DNA of 64,000 bases. Source: Anaeramoeba ignava BMAN (Eukaryota; Protista; Anaeramoebae). A program made the position numbers and the translations under genes. The number at the start of each line of letters is the position of its first letter. The stretch's first letter is position 1. The notes under the pieces are model-generated. The model was given only the letters and a program-made list of their open reading frames with translations, was not told the DNA's origin and searched no databases. Positions 54,340 to 64,000 of the stretch are shown piece by piece. The stretch is taken from the NCBI GenBank assembly GCA_028826165.1, contig JAPDFW010000103.1, forward strand, positions 868,001-932,000. The letters run 5' to 3'.

Positions 54340-54514
54340 AAAATATCATCTTCTTCAACATTTATATCAAACCTTTTTTTTTTCTTCTTTTTCTTTTCTC
54401 TTCTTTTTTCTCTTCTAAAAAAAAATAACTTCATTAAAGCAATTAGAATAAGGAACAATTTCACATTTTATTCCAGAAAAAAAAAAGCATTCATCAAGAA
54501 AAGAAGAGAAAGAT

Positions 54515-56292
54515 TTATTTACTCAATTTGATTTTCTCCACTAAGTTTTTCCAAATTTCATTACATGCCCATACTTCTCCTTTCACTCTTTTAAAAATGA
54601 TTTGTTGTCTGTTCTTCATCTTCTCCAACTTTTCTACTTGTAAATCAAACTTCAATTTCCCATATTTACATCTCATTTTATATCTTCCCATTTCCTTGTA
54701 CTTTAATCCACATTGAGAGAACATTGTTTGAAATTCTTTCATGATTTTGTTTGGTTTTTTTTCTGATGTTAATTGGAGATGAAAATCGTCTTCTTCAAGT
54801 TCTTCTTTCTTTGTTTTGATGCTAAAATTTTCGTTTGCTTTATCAATTTTTGCTTTGATTTCTTGAGAATAAGAAACTGAATGTCTTCTTATTCCAACAT
54901 TTTTGTTTTTGATTCCTTGAATTTCTTCTTTTTTTAATGGAAGAGAAGATTTTCTTTTAAGAGGAGAATATATTTTTGGGTTTTTTGTGATGATTTTTGG
55001 TTTATGAGGAAAAGTATCCAAAATTTCTTCTTCTTTAATAATTGGAAGATTTTCTTTTTCTTTTTTCTTTTTTCTTTTTCTTTTTTGAATTTGATATTTC
55101 TAAAGATTGAATAATTTTGAAATATCTATTAACAGTTTTGTTTCCTGTTGTTGTTAATTTGGAAGTAATTTGCAATCTTTCTCGATCACTTGGTTGTGAA
55201 TTTTCTAATTCTTCATTCTCATTCTCGTTCTCATTCAAAAAATTTGATGATAAATCATAAACTAATTTCCCTTGTTTTTCCTTCTGGATCATCAAGAAAT
55301 ATGTGATTGTGTTGTTTGTGGATAAATGATTCATTAAATCTTCAATAACTGTTCTTCTCTCAAATCCTTGCATCTCCATTTCATCTATGATTTTATAATT
55401 GATTTTCATCACATTTCCTTCTTTAATGCTAGGAATGCTCCCAGAAATAACCCATTCATGATTTTTAATATCTTTTAATCGGATCCTTTTTTTAGATTCA
55501 AAAGCTAACATCCTCTTCAATAAATCCTGTGCTGGCTTCGATATTTTGGATGGAAATGAAAGTTGTTGTTGGATAATTTGATTATTTTCATTCATTTGAA
55601 ATGGGAATTTTTTGCACAACAAATAATACAAACAAATCCCTAAAGACCAAACATCACAAAGAGAACGATTTTCAATTTTTTGATTTGAAAGAATTTCAGG
55701 TGAATTATAAATTGAAGGACGAGGAATTGAGTTTTTGCATCGATTAAAATTTTTTTTGAGAAAATCAGAAATTCTAAATCCAGAAATTTTGATTCTATTT
55801 TTTCGATCCAATAAAAGATTTTCCAATTTAAAATCTAAATGCAAGACATTAAAACGATAACAATAATAAAAGGCTTTTTTACACAATTTTAATATTTAAA
55901 TTAATTTAAATTTTTAAATTTTTAAATTTTTAAATTTAATTACCAGAAATGATTTCTTGAAATATTTTCCTAATAAATCTTTCTCCAGAATAATTTTGTT
56001 CTCCAATAAAATCAAGTACATTTCCTCCTTCAGCAAATTCAGAAATTATATAACAATATTTTTCATCAAAAAAAACTTCTAAAATTCTTGATAAATTTGG
56101 ATGATAAATCATTTTTAATAAAGACATTTGAAGTTGAATTTCTTTTTTGATTTTTTCTTGATCTTTTTTAATTTTTGAAAGATCAATTTGTTTTATTGCA
56201 ACTTTTACATCAATTTCTGTATGAAAACCTAATTTAACTTCACCAAATCGACTTGTTCCAATTATTTTATCAAATTTATATTTTCCAATCAT
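54515..56292 (-). CDS. AMPK/MARK-related (CAMKL) kinase-like protein with UBA-like and KA1 domains, likely a pseudokinase
   Basis: VAIK, HPNL, HLDFKLENLLL, ISGFRIS in place of DFG, YNSPE and DVWSLG. KA1-like LKFDLQVEKL..IIFKRVKGEVW. Intron at about 55880-55943 and a frameshift in the poly-A region at about 55060. Confidence 0.8.
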
Positions 56293-56359
56293 TTTATTTT
56301 TTAAAAAAAAAGTGAAAAAAAAATGATCAAAAAAAAAATTTTTTCACTTTTTTTTAAAG

Positions 56360-57070
56360 ATCTTTTAAAAACAAAATTAAAAACAAAAACAAAAAAAAAA
56401 AAAAACAAAAATAAAAAAAAAACAAAAACAAAAAAAACAAAAAACAAAAACAAAAACAAAAACAAAAACAAAAACAAAAACAAAAACAAAAACAAAAACA
56501 AAAACAAAAACAAAAACAAAAACAAAAACAAAAATAAAAACAAAAACAAAAACAAAAACAAAAACAAAAAAAAAAAAAAAACAAAAACAAAAACAAAAAC
56601 AAAAATAAAAACAAAAAAAAACAAAAAAAAAAAAAACAAAAACAAAAACAAAAACAAAAACAAAAAAAAAAAACAAAAACAAAAAAAAAAAAAAAAAAAC
56701 AAAAAAAAAAACAAAAATAAAAACAAAAACAAAAACAAAAACAAAAACAAAAAACAAAAATAAAAACAAAAACAAAAAACAAAAACAAAAACAAAAACAA
56801 AAACAAAAACAAAAACAAAAACAAAAATAAAAACAAAAACAAAAACAAAACAAAAAAAAAAAAAAAAAACAAAAACAAAACAAAAATAAAAAAAAACAAA
56901 AACAAAAACAAAAACAAAAACAAAAACAAAAACAAAAATAAAAACAAAAACAAAAACAAAAACAAAAATAAAAACAAAAAAACAAAAACAAAAACAAAAA
57001 TAAAAACAAAAACAAAAACAAAAACAAAAACAAAAACAAAAACAAAAACAAAAACAAAAACAAAATTAAA
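56360..57070. repeat. (AAAAAC)n microsatellite in divergent intergenic region
   Basis: Direct reading. Confidence 0.9.
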
Positions 57071-57114
57071 AATTTTTCATTTTTTCATTTTTTCATTTTT
57101 CAAAATAAAATAAT

Positions 57115-58909
57115 ATGTCGGTTAATAAATCAACAACAAAAATAACAGAAGAAGAATTCAAAAAAATGATAGAAGAAGAAAAACAAAAAATGAAACAAGA
57201 TTTCTTTCAAAAAATTAAAGAAATTCAAGAAAATAATTTAAATGAAATTAATATAAAAAAAAAAGAAGTTAAACATCTTGAAGGTTTTTATAAAATAATA
57301 AACAATAAAATAAAAAAAATTTTTTTTTCAATAATAATAATAATAAATTTTTTTTATCTAAAATAAATAGAAAAACTTACAAGAAAACTTTCAGATTTAG
57401 AACAAGCAAAAGAATTTAGAGATCAATGTCTTGAACAAAAAAGACAATTACTTCAATTAAATAGTCATTTAAAAAAGCAAATTCAAAAATTAGATGATGA
57501 TATAAATAATTTAAATCGAAGAAATGAAATTCTTATTCAAAAACTTAAAGAAAAAAATTTAATTGTCAATTTAAAAAAACCAAATCAAAAACCAAATCAA
57601 AAACCAAATCAAAAACCAAATCAAAATCGGAATAGAAAATCAAATCAAAATTCAAATCAAAAACAAAATTCAAATCAAAAACAAAATTCAAATCAAAAAC
57701 AAAATTCAAATCAAAAACAAAATCAAAAACAAAATCAAAAACAAAATCCAAATCAAAAACAAAATTTAAATCAAAAACAAAAACAAAATCCAAATCAAAA
57801 ACAAAATCCAAATCCAAATCAAAAACAAAAACAAAAACAAAATTTAAATCAAAAACAAAATTTAAATCAAAAACAAAATCAAAAACAAAATCAAAATTCA
57901 AATCAAAAACAAAATTTGTTTGAGAATTTATTTCAAGCCGAAAATGAAAATTTATTCCAAAATTCAAATCAGGATTCAAATCAAAATTCAAATCAAAATT
58001 CAAATCAAGATTCAAATTCACGTAAATTATTATCATTTTTTTCTAAATAAATTTCAAAAACCAAATTCAATCTCAATTTATATTTCAATTTATATTTCAA
58101 TTTATATTTCAATTTATATTTCAATTTCAATTTCAATTTATATTTCAATTTATATTTCAATTTATATTTATATTTCAATTTATATTTCAATTTATATTTC
58201 AATTTATATTTCAATTTATATTTCAATTTATATTTCAATTTATATTTCAATTTATATTTCAATTTATATTTATATTTCAATTTATATTTATATTTCAATT
58301 TATATTTCAATTTCAATTTATATTTCAATTTATATTTCAATTTCAATTTCTATTTCAATTTATATTTCAATTTATATTTCAATTTATATTTCAATTTATA
58401 TTTCAATTTCAATTTATATTTCAATTTCAATTTATATTTATATTTATATTTATATTTCAATTTATATTTATATTTCAATTTATATTTCAATTTAAATTTA
58501 TATTTCAATTTATATTTCAATTTAAATTTATATTTCAATTTATATTTCAATTTATATTTCAATTTATATTTATATTTCAATTTATATTTCAATTTATATT
58601 TCTATTTCAATTTATATTTCAATTTATATTTAAATTTATATTTCAATTTATATTTATATTTCAATTTATATTCCAAATTATATTTCAAATTCGATTTAAT
58701 TCCAAAAATTATTTGATTAATTTTTAGTTCGGAAAAAAAAATTAATCTCATTTTTGATCATTTTGTGTTTGATTTTGATATCTTTATTTCTGAATCTAGA
58801 TAACCTTAAAAAATTAACAAAACATCATTCTCTTCAACCAGTAAATCGAAATGTTCTTAATTTCTTCAAAGATAATGATAATCAAGATAATAGTTTATGG
58901 GAAAATTAA
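57115..58909 (+). CDS. Coiled-coil protein of unknown function with N/Q/K repeat, multi-exon
   Basis: MSVNKSTTKITEEEF.., intron at about 57284-57370, then KLTRKLSDLEQAKEFRDQCLEQKRQLLQL. Last exon from about 58800 (NLKKLTKHHSLQPVNRNVLNFF..WEN*). Frame disruptions in the repeat. Confidence 0.55.
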
Positions 58910-59125
58910 ATGATATATTGATATTGATATTGATATTGATATTTTTATTGTTGTTATCATTTCTATTTTTTTTAAAAAGAAAAATGATGATAATTTCTAC
59001 TCATTTTTTTGAAATGATTTCATTTGTTCTTTATTTTTTTTGAATTAAAAAGAAATTCCGAAATTGTTTCATTTTTTCATTTTTTCATTTTTTTCATTTT
59101 TCATTTTTTCATTTTTTTATTCAAA

Positions 59126-59974
59126 ATGTCTGTTCATAAATCTGTTTTTATTGCTTTTAATATTATTGTTGAAAATAATAAAGTAAATTAAATTTTGTTT
59201 TAATATAAATTTTAAATGGAAAAATAATTTTAATAATAATAAAAAAAGTTATTAATGATTCAAGAATCAAAACGAGAGTGTTATAAAAGTTGGTATGTTC
59301 CAGCAGGAAAAATTGAAGTAAAATTAAAATTAAAATCAAAATCAAAATTAAAATTAAAATTTAAATTAAAATTAAAATTAAAATCAAAATTAAAATAAAA
59401 ATCAAAATAAAAATCAAAATCAAAATTAAAATCAAAATTAAAATCAAAATCAAAATTAAAATTTAAAATTAAAATTAAAATTAAAAATTAAAATTAAAAT
59501 CAAAATCAAAAATCAAAATCAAAATCAAAATTAAAATTAAAATCAAAAATCAAAATTAAAATCAAAATTAAAATCAAAATTAAAATTAAAATTAAAATTA
59601 AAATTAAAATTAAAATTAAAAAAAAGGTTGGAGAAACAATTTTAGAAGGAGCTATTAGAGAAGCTAAAGAAGAAAGTGGATTAATTATTGAACCTGAAGA
59701 AATTTTTCATGTTGAACATATTCCAAGATCACATATAGAATGGATAGGATTTTGTGTAACTGGAAAAGTTATTGGAGGAAAACTTAAAACAAAAAAAGAA
59801 AAAGATGAACATAGTATTAAAGCTGAATGGGTTGATTTAGATAAAATTAAAGAAAAAAAATTAAGAGCAACTGACTTTTTACATTATCTTGATATTCTTC
59901 TTAAAAAAAGAAAAAAAGAGGAAAAAGAAGAAAAAGAAAAAGAAAAAGAAAAACTTAATACAAATCAAATTTAA
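59126..59974 (+). CDS. Nudix hydrolase, NUDT18-like, copy 1 (3 exons)
   Basis: Spliced LLMIQESKRECYKSWYVPAGKIE|VGETILEGAIREAKEESG (Nudix box), then GKVIGGKLKT..DEHSIKAEW. Confidence 0.88.
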
Positions 59975-60156
59975 ATCAAGAAATTAACAAAAAAGTTTTT
60001 ATTCCACTTTTTTTTCTAATAAAATTAAAATAATAAATTATCTAAAAAATCAATTAAAAATTATTATTAAAATATTATTAAAATTCAATTTTTCTATCTA
60101 TTAAAATATTTATTCCACTTTTTTTATTTTTCATTTTTTTCTTTTTTTCATCCAAA

Positions 60157-61042
60157 ATGTCTGTTCATAAAGCTTTATTTATTGCTTTTAATATTATTGT
60201 TGAAAATAATAAAGTAAATTAAATTTTGTTTTAATATAAATTTTAAATGGAAAAATAATTTTAATAATAATAAAAAAAGTTATTAATGATTCAAGAATCA
60301 AAACGAGAGTGTTATAAAAGTTGGTATGTTCCAGCAGGAAGAATTGAAGTAAAATTAAAATTCAAATTCAAATTAAAATTAAAATTAAAATTAAAATTAA
60401 AATTAAAATCAAAATTAAAATTAAAATCAAAATCAAAATTAAAATTAAAATTAAAATTAAAATCAAAATAAAAATTAAAAAATCAAAATTAAAATTAAAA
60501 ATCAAAATTAAAATCAAAAAAATCAAAATTAAAATCAAAATTAAAATTCAAAATTAAAATCAAAATTAAAATTAAAATCAAAATTAAAATCAAAATTAAA
60601 ATCAAAATCAAAATTAAAATCAAAATTAAAATTTAAAATTAAAATCAAAATTAAAATTAAAATTAAAATCAAAATCAAAATTAAAATCAAAATTAAAATT
60701 AAAATTAAAATTAAAATAAAAAAAAGGTTGGAGAAACAATTTTAGAAGGAGCTATTAGAGAAGTTAAAGAAGAAAGTGGATTAATTATTGAACCTGAAGA
60801 AATTTTTCATGTTGAACATATTATAAAACATGATATAGAATGGATAGGATTTTTGTATAACTGGAAAAGTTATTGGAGGAAAACTTAAAACAAAAAAAGA
60901 AAAAGATGAACATAGTATTAAAGCTGAATGGGTTGATTTAGATAAAATTAAAGAAAAAAAATTAAGAGGAAATGAATTTTTAAACTTTCTTGATATTTTC
61001 CTTAAAAAAAGAAAAAAAGAGGAAATAGAAATTATTAATTAA
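60157..61042 (+). CDS. Nudix hydrolase, NUDT18-like, tandem copy 2 (+1 T frameshift at ~60852)
   Basis: Same exon structure as copy 1, with PAGRIE|VGETILEGAIREVKEESG. Confidence 0.8.
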
Positions 61043-61084
61043 TTTAATTTTTAATTTTTAATTTTTATTTTAAAATTTTAAAAG

Positions 61085-64000
61085 TTAATTTGAAGAACGC
61101 ATAATTTTAATTTGTTGTATTTCTTCGTTATAAAGAATATTAAAGTTTTTCATTCCTTCTCGATAAATATGAAATAAAGATTGTTTTTGAAGATCAAAAG
61201 GTCTATCATTAAAATTATCCAAGTTTTCCAATTCAAGCAATTGATCCAAATTTAGGAATTTATCGAAATGACTTAATTGAGTTGATTGTTCCAATTCCTG
61301 ATAAAATTGATACAAACGAAGAAGAGGATTTAGAAGAGGTTTTGAATCAGAATAAGAAACAAATTCAATATTGCTGTCAAAAAACATAGAAACTGAACGA
61401 AGAAAAGAATTGGTTAAATTTTGAGTAATAAATCCCAATCGATTTTCAATAACTGGAAGATTTGATTGGGAAAAAATGGAAGAAAATAAATAAGTTGCAA
61501 GTTTTGTTGCTTTGAGAGCCAAATTCAAAATTGGATCTGATTGTTCTTCGATATAAAATTGTTCCAAATTTGAATCAATTAGTTGAATTTGATTTTTGCA
61601 TTTTTCAAAAATTCGCAAAATACAAACTTGGAAAACTTCAATTATTATTGAGAAATCTCCAGTAAATAAATTTGAGTTTCTGAAGCATAAAATGAAATGA
61701 TTCAAAGATGATTCAAAATTTTTTTGATTCAAATAAATCACTGAAGAAATGAATAATTGGGTGAAAGAAAGATGATCTGAATATAAATGTTTTATGTTGA
61801 CAATAACTTCTTCAATTTTTGGTGAAATTTCTAAATGTTTTGAAATTTCGAGCGCAATTCCTTTTGAAAATGTAATATCAGAAGAAATTTTGGATTTAAA
61901 TAATTGTTGATAAATTTCAGATGCAACTTCATATTGAAAAGCTTGAATGTAATTATGTGAGTCACAATAATGAAGAAAAGAAATGAGTGATGGATCAATG
62001 TTTTCTTCTTTAAAAGTTGTTACTTCGTCTTGAACTTTCAATTTTTTCTTGTGATATAAATTTTTGAAATCTGTGATTGTGTATTTGCTATCAATTGAAT
62101 TATTTTCTGTTTTTTCTTCAATATCCATAATATTTGATTCATTGATATTTTCTTTTGGATTTGAGGCTAATGTTTCTTGTTGTTTTTTTTCATTTTCATA
62201 TGATTGAATTTGCTGAAATATTTCGTCATTTTCTTTATGAATTTCATCAACAAGTTCCTGAGGAATAAAGATATCTTTGAGATTTAAATCAGCAAAATTA
62301 AGAAATTTATTTTGATTTTCTTTATCATTTTCTTTATCATTTTCTTTATCATTTTCTTTATCATTTTCTTTATCATTTTCTTTATCGTTTTCTTTATCAT
62401 TTTCTTTATCATTTTCTTTATCATTTTCTTTATCATTTTCTTTATCATTTTCTTTATCGTTTTTGTTTTCAAAAATTGGATGATTTTCAACATAATTTTT
62501 AACTTCTTGATTAATATAAATCAAACAATAAGCATTTTCACTATTTTGATCATTTCCAAAAGATTGATTAAAAACAGATTCTTCGTCAATTTGTGTGACA
62601 GTTTCATCATTAAATTTCCACCATAATTGAAGTGAATAATCATAAATAAAAGCCCAATAATGACCACTTCCCGCAACACCACGATGAATCAAAATGGAAT
62701 AAAGATAATAAGGAACATCCTGCATATCAGAATATAAATCACGAATATGACCTCGATTTTCTTGGACTAAATTTTGTATTACGGAAATCCTTTCTTTTAA
62801 TTGTATTTCTTCTTCCTCAATCATTTTAAGACTTGATTTATAATCATTTAATTGTTTGCGAAGTAATTCTTCATCATTTTCAAATCCAAACAGTTGGTCT
62901 TTTTGGGTTTGATCAGAATCCTTTTGCAAACTTGATTCAATTTGATTGCAAACATTTTCAAGATGAGATTTTGCATTTTGGAGTAAAAATAAAAGAGGTT
63001 GTTTTGATTCTCCATATTTTTGGATACTTTCCAATTCCTTATTAAGTTCGTTTATTTCTTTTTTCAATAAATTTGCTTGATTACGTTTTTTTTCTGCAGC
63101 TTCCATATTTTTTTCCAAACAACGATCAAGAAAAATAGTTTTTTCAAAAAGGAATGGTGAGTTTTTTTTGACAGGAATTTTTCTTTCTTGATCAAAAATA
63201 ACTCTTTGTAATTGTAATATTAAAACAGGTGGAAGTTCAAGGATTGTGTTTTTCTTTTTTGCTTTTGTTTGGAATCCGTCACTTGTTTTGTAATCAATTG
63301 TGATTTCGTTTGTGAATTCATCAAGTGAGGAATATAAATCTCCGAAATCAATATCAAGAATAATTTCCGCAAAAGAAAATTTATCGATTTGTTGATTTAT
63401 TGAATCATCCTTTTCTTCGATTCTTAAAATTTGATTACCTTTCCCATGGAAAGTTTTGGTGATTAAACTAGTTCGAGATTGAATTTTTTTAAAATAATTT
63501 GGATCGTTTTCTCTTAATCTTTTTTCATATTCTTTTTGGCATTCAAATTCAATATTTTCCTCAATATTTTTTGGGTTTTTTGGTTTTTCTTTTTGACCCT
63601 TTTTTAAAAAAAAATTTCTTGAATTTCTCAATAAAAATTGTTCATGAGGTGGAAGACTATTAATATCAATATTATCTGCATTTTCCATTTCCGAGTTATT
63701 AATTGAATCTTTTGGGATATCATTTTGATTTTGATTTTGATTTTGATTTTGATTTTCATTTTGATTTTGATTTTGATTTTGATTTTGATTTTGATTTTGA
63801 TTTTGATTTTGATTTTGATTTTGATTTTGATTTTGATTTTGATTTTGATTTTGATTTTCATTTTCATTTTGATTTTGATTTTGATTTTGATTTTGATTTT
63901 CTTTTTGTTCTTGTTCTTTTTTTCTTTTTTCAATAATTTCTTTTCTAATAATTTCTTTTTGTTCTTCTTGTTCAATTTTTTTTTGATAATCTTCAATAAC
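61085..64000 (-). CDS. Ubiquitin-specific protease (USP25/28-like C19 peptidase), 5' end beyond window
   Basis: ELPPVLILQLQR, a coiled-coil insertion, His box YYLYSILIHRGVAGSGHYWAFI..WWKFNDETVT and NAYCLIY. The frame appears to stay open upstream through the (NQ)n repeat to 64000. Confidence 0.88.
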   Translation of the reverse strand, partial: VIEDYQKKIEQEEQKEIIRKEIIEKRKKEQEQKENQNQNQNQNQNENENQNQNQNQNQNQNQNQNQNQNQNQNQNQNQNQNENQNQNQNQNQNDIPKDSINNSEMENADNIDINSLPPHEQFLLRNSRNFFLKKGQKEKPKNPKNIEENIEFECQKEYEKRLRENDPNYFKKIQSRTSLITKTFHGKGNQILRIEEKDDSINQQIDKFSFAEIILDIDFGDLYSSLDEFTNEITIDYKTSDGFQTKAKKKNTILELPPVLILQLQRVIFDQERKIPVKKNSPFLFEKTIFLDRCLEKNMEAAEKKRNQANLLKKEINELNKELESIQKYGESKQPLLFLLQNAKSHLENVCNQIESSLQKDSDQTQKDQLFGFENDEELLRKQLNDYKSSLKMIEEEEIQLKERISVIQNLVQENRGHIRDLYSDMQDVPYYLYSILIHRGVAGSGHYWAFIYDYSLQLWWKFNDETVTQIDEESVFNQSFGNDQNSENAYCLIYINQEVKNYVENHPIFENKNDKENDKENDKENDKENDKENDKENDKENDKENDKENDKENDKENDKENQNKFLNFADLNLKDIFIPQELVDEIHKENDEIFQQIQSYENEKKQQETLASNPKENINESNIMDIEEKTENNSIDSKYTITDFKNLYHKKKLKVQDEVTTFKEENIDPSLISFLHYCDSHNYIQAFQYEVASEIYQQLFKSKISSDITFSKGIALEISKHLEISPKIEEVIVNIKHLYSDHLSFTQLFISSVIYLNQKNFESSLNHFILCFRNSNLFTGDFSIIIEVFQVCILRIFEKCKNQIQLIDSNLEQFYIEEQSDPILNLALKATKLATYLFSSIFSQSNLPVIENRLGFITQNLTNSFLRSVSMFFDSNIEFVSYSDSKPLLNPLLRLYQFYQELEQSTQLSHFDKFLNLDQLLELENLDNFNDRPFDLQKQSLFHIYREGMKNFNILYNEEIQQIKIMRSSN

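Overview
Very AT-rich eukaryotic genomic DNA with short GT-AG spliceosomal introns and the standard genetic code. The style resembles an anaerobic protist such as Anaeramoeba, but that assignment is inference. About 23 protein genes are supported: an RRM protein, calponin/transgelin, Rab14, Rab1, a Rab5-group GTPase, a SIP5/DA2-type RING protein, Ku80, RPA1, AMMECR1, a divergent Sin3, a vWA protein, Sec23, a KA1 pseudokinase, a coiled-coil protein, two NUDT18-like Nudix genes, a USP, an F-box/transmembrane protein, and five BTB adaptor genes. There is also an intron-containing U3 snoRNA. The main finding, missed by the ORF track, is an ankyrin-BTB-BTB gene at 16357-20774 (-) with 33 exons. Each ankyrin repeat sits on its own phase-0 exon, and the variable beta-hairpin residues between repeats are each encoded by a separate 3-nt, single-codon microexon (21 in total). 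This architecture suits combinatorial diversification of a binding surface. It lies among intronless ankyrin-BTB genes with a homogenised constant BTB tail and two inverted, satellite-flanked BTB-TLDc cassettes with hypervariable TLDc loops. Together these suggest a diversified Cullin-3 adaptor repertoire. Most short low-complexity ORFs in the track are spurious translations of microsatellites.
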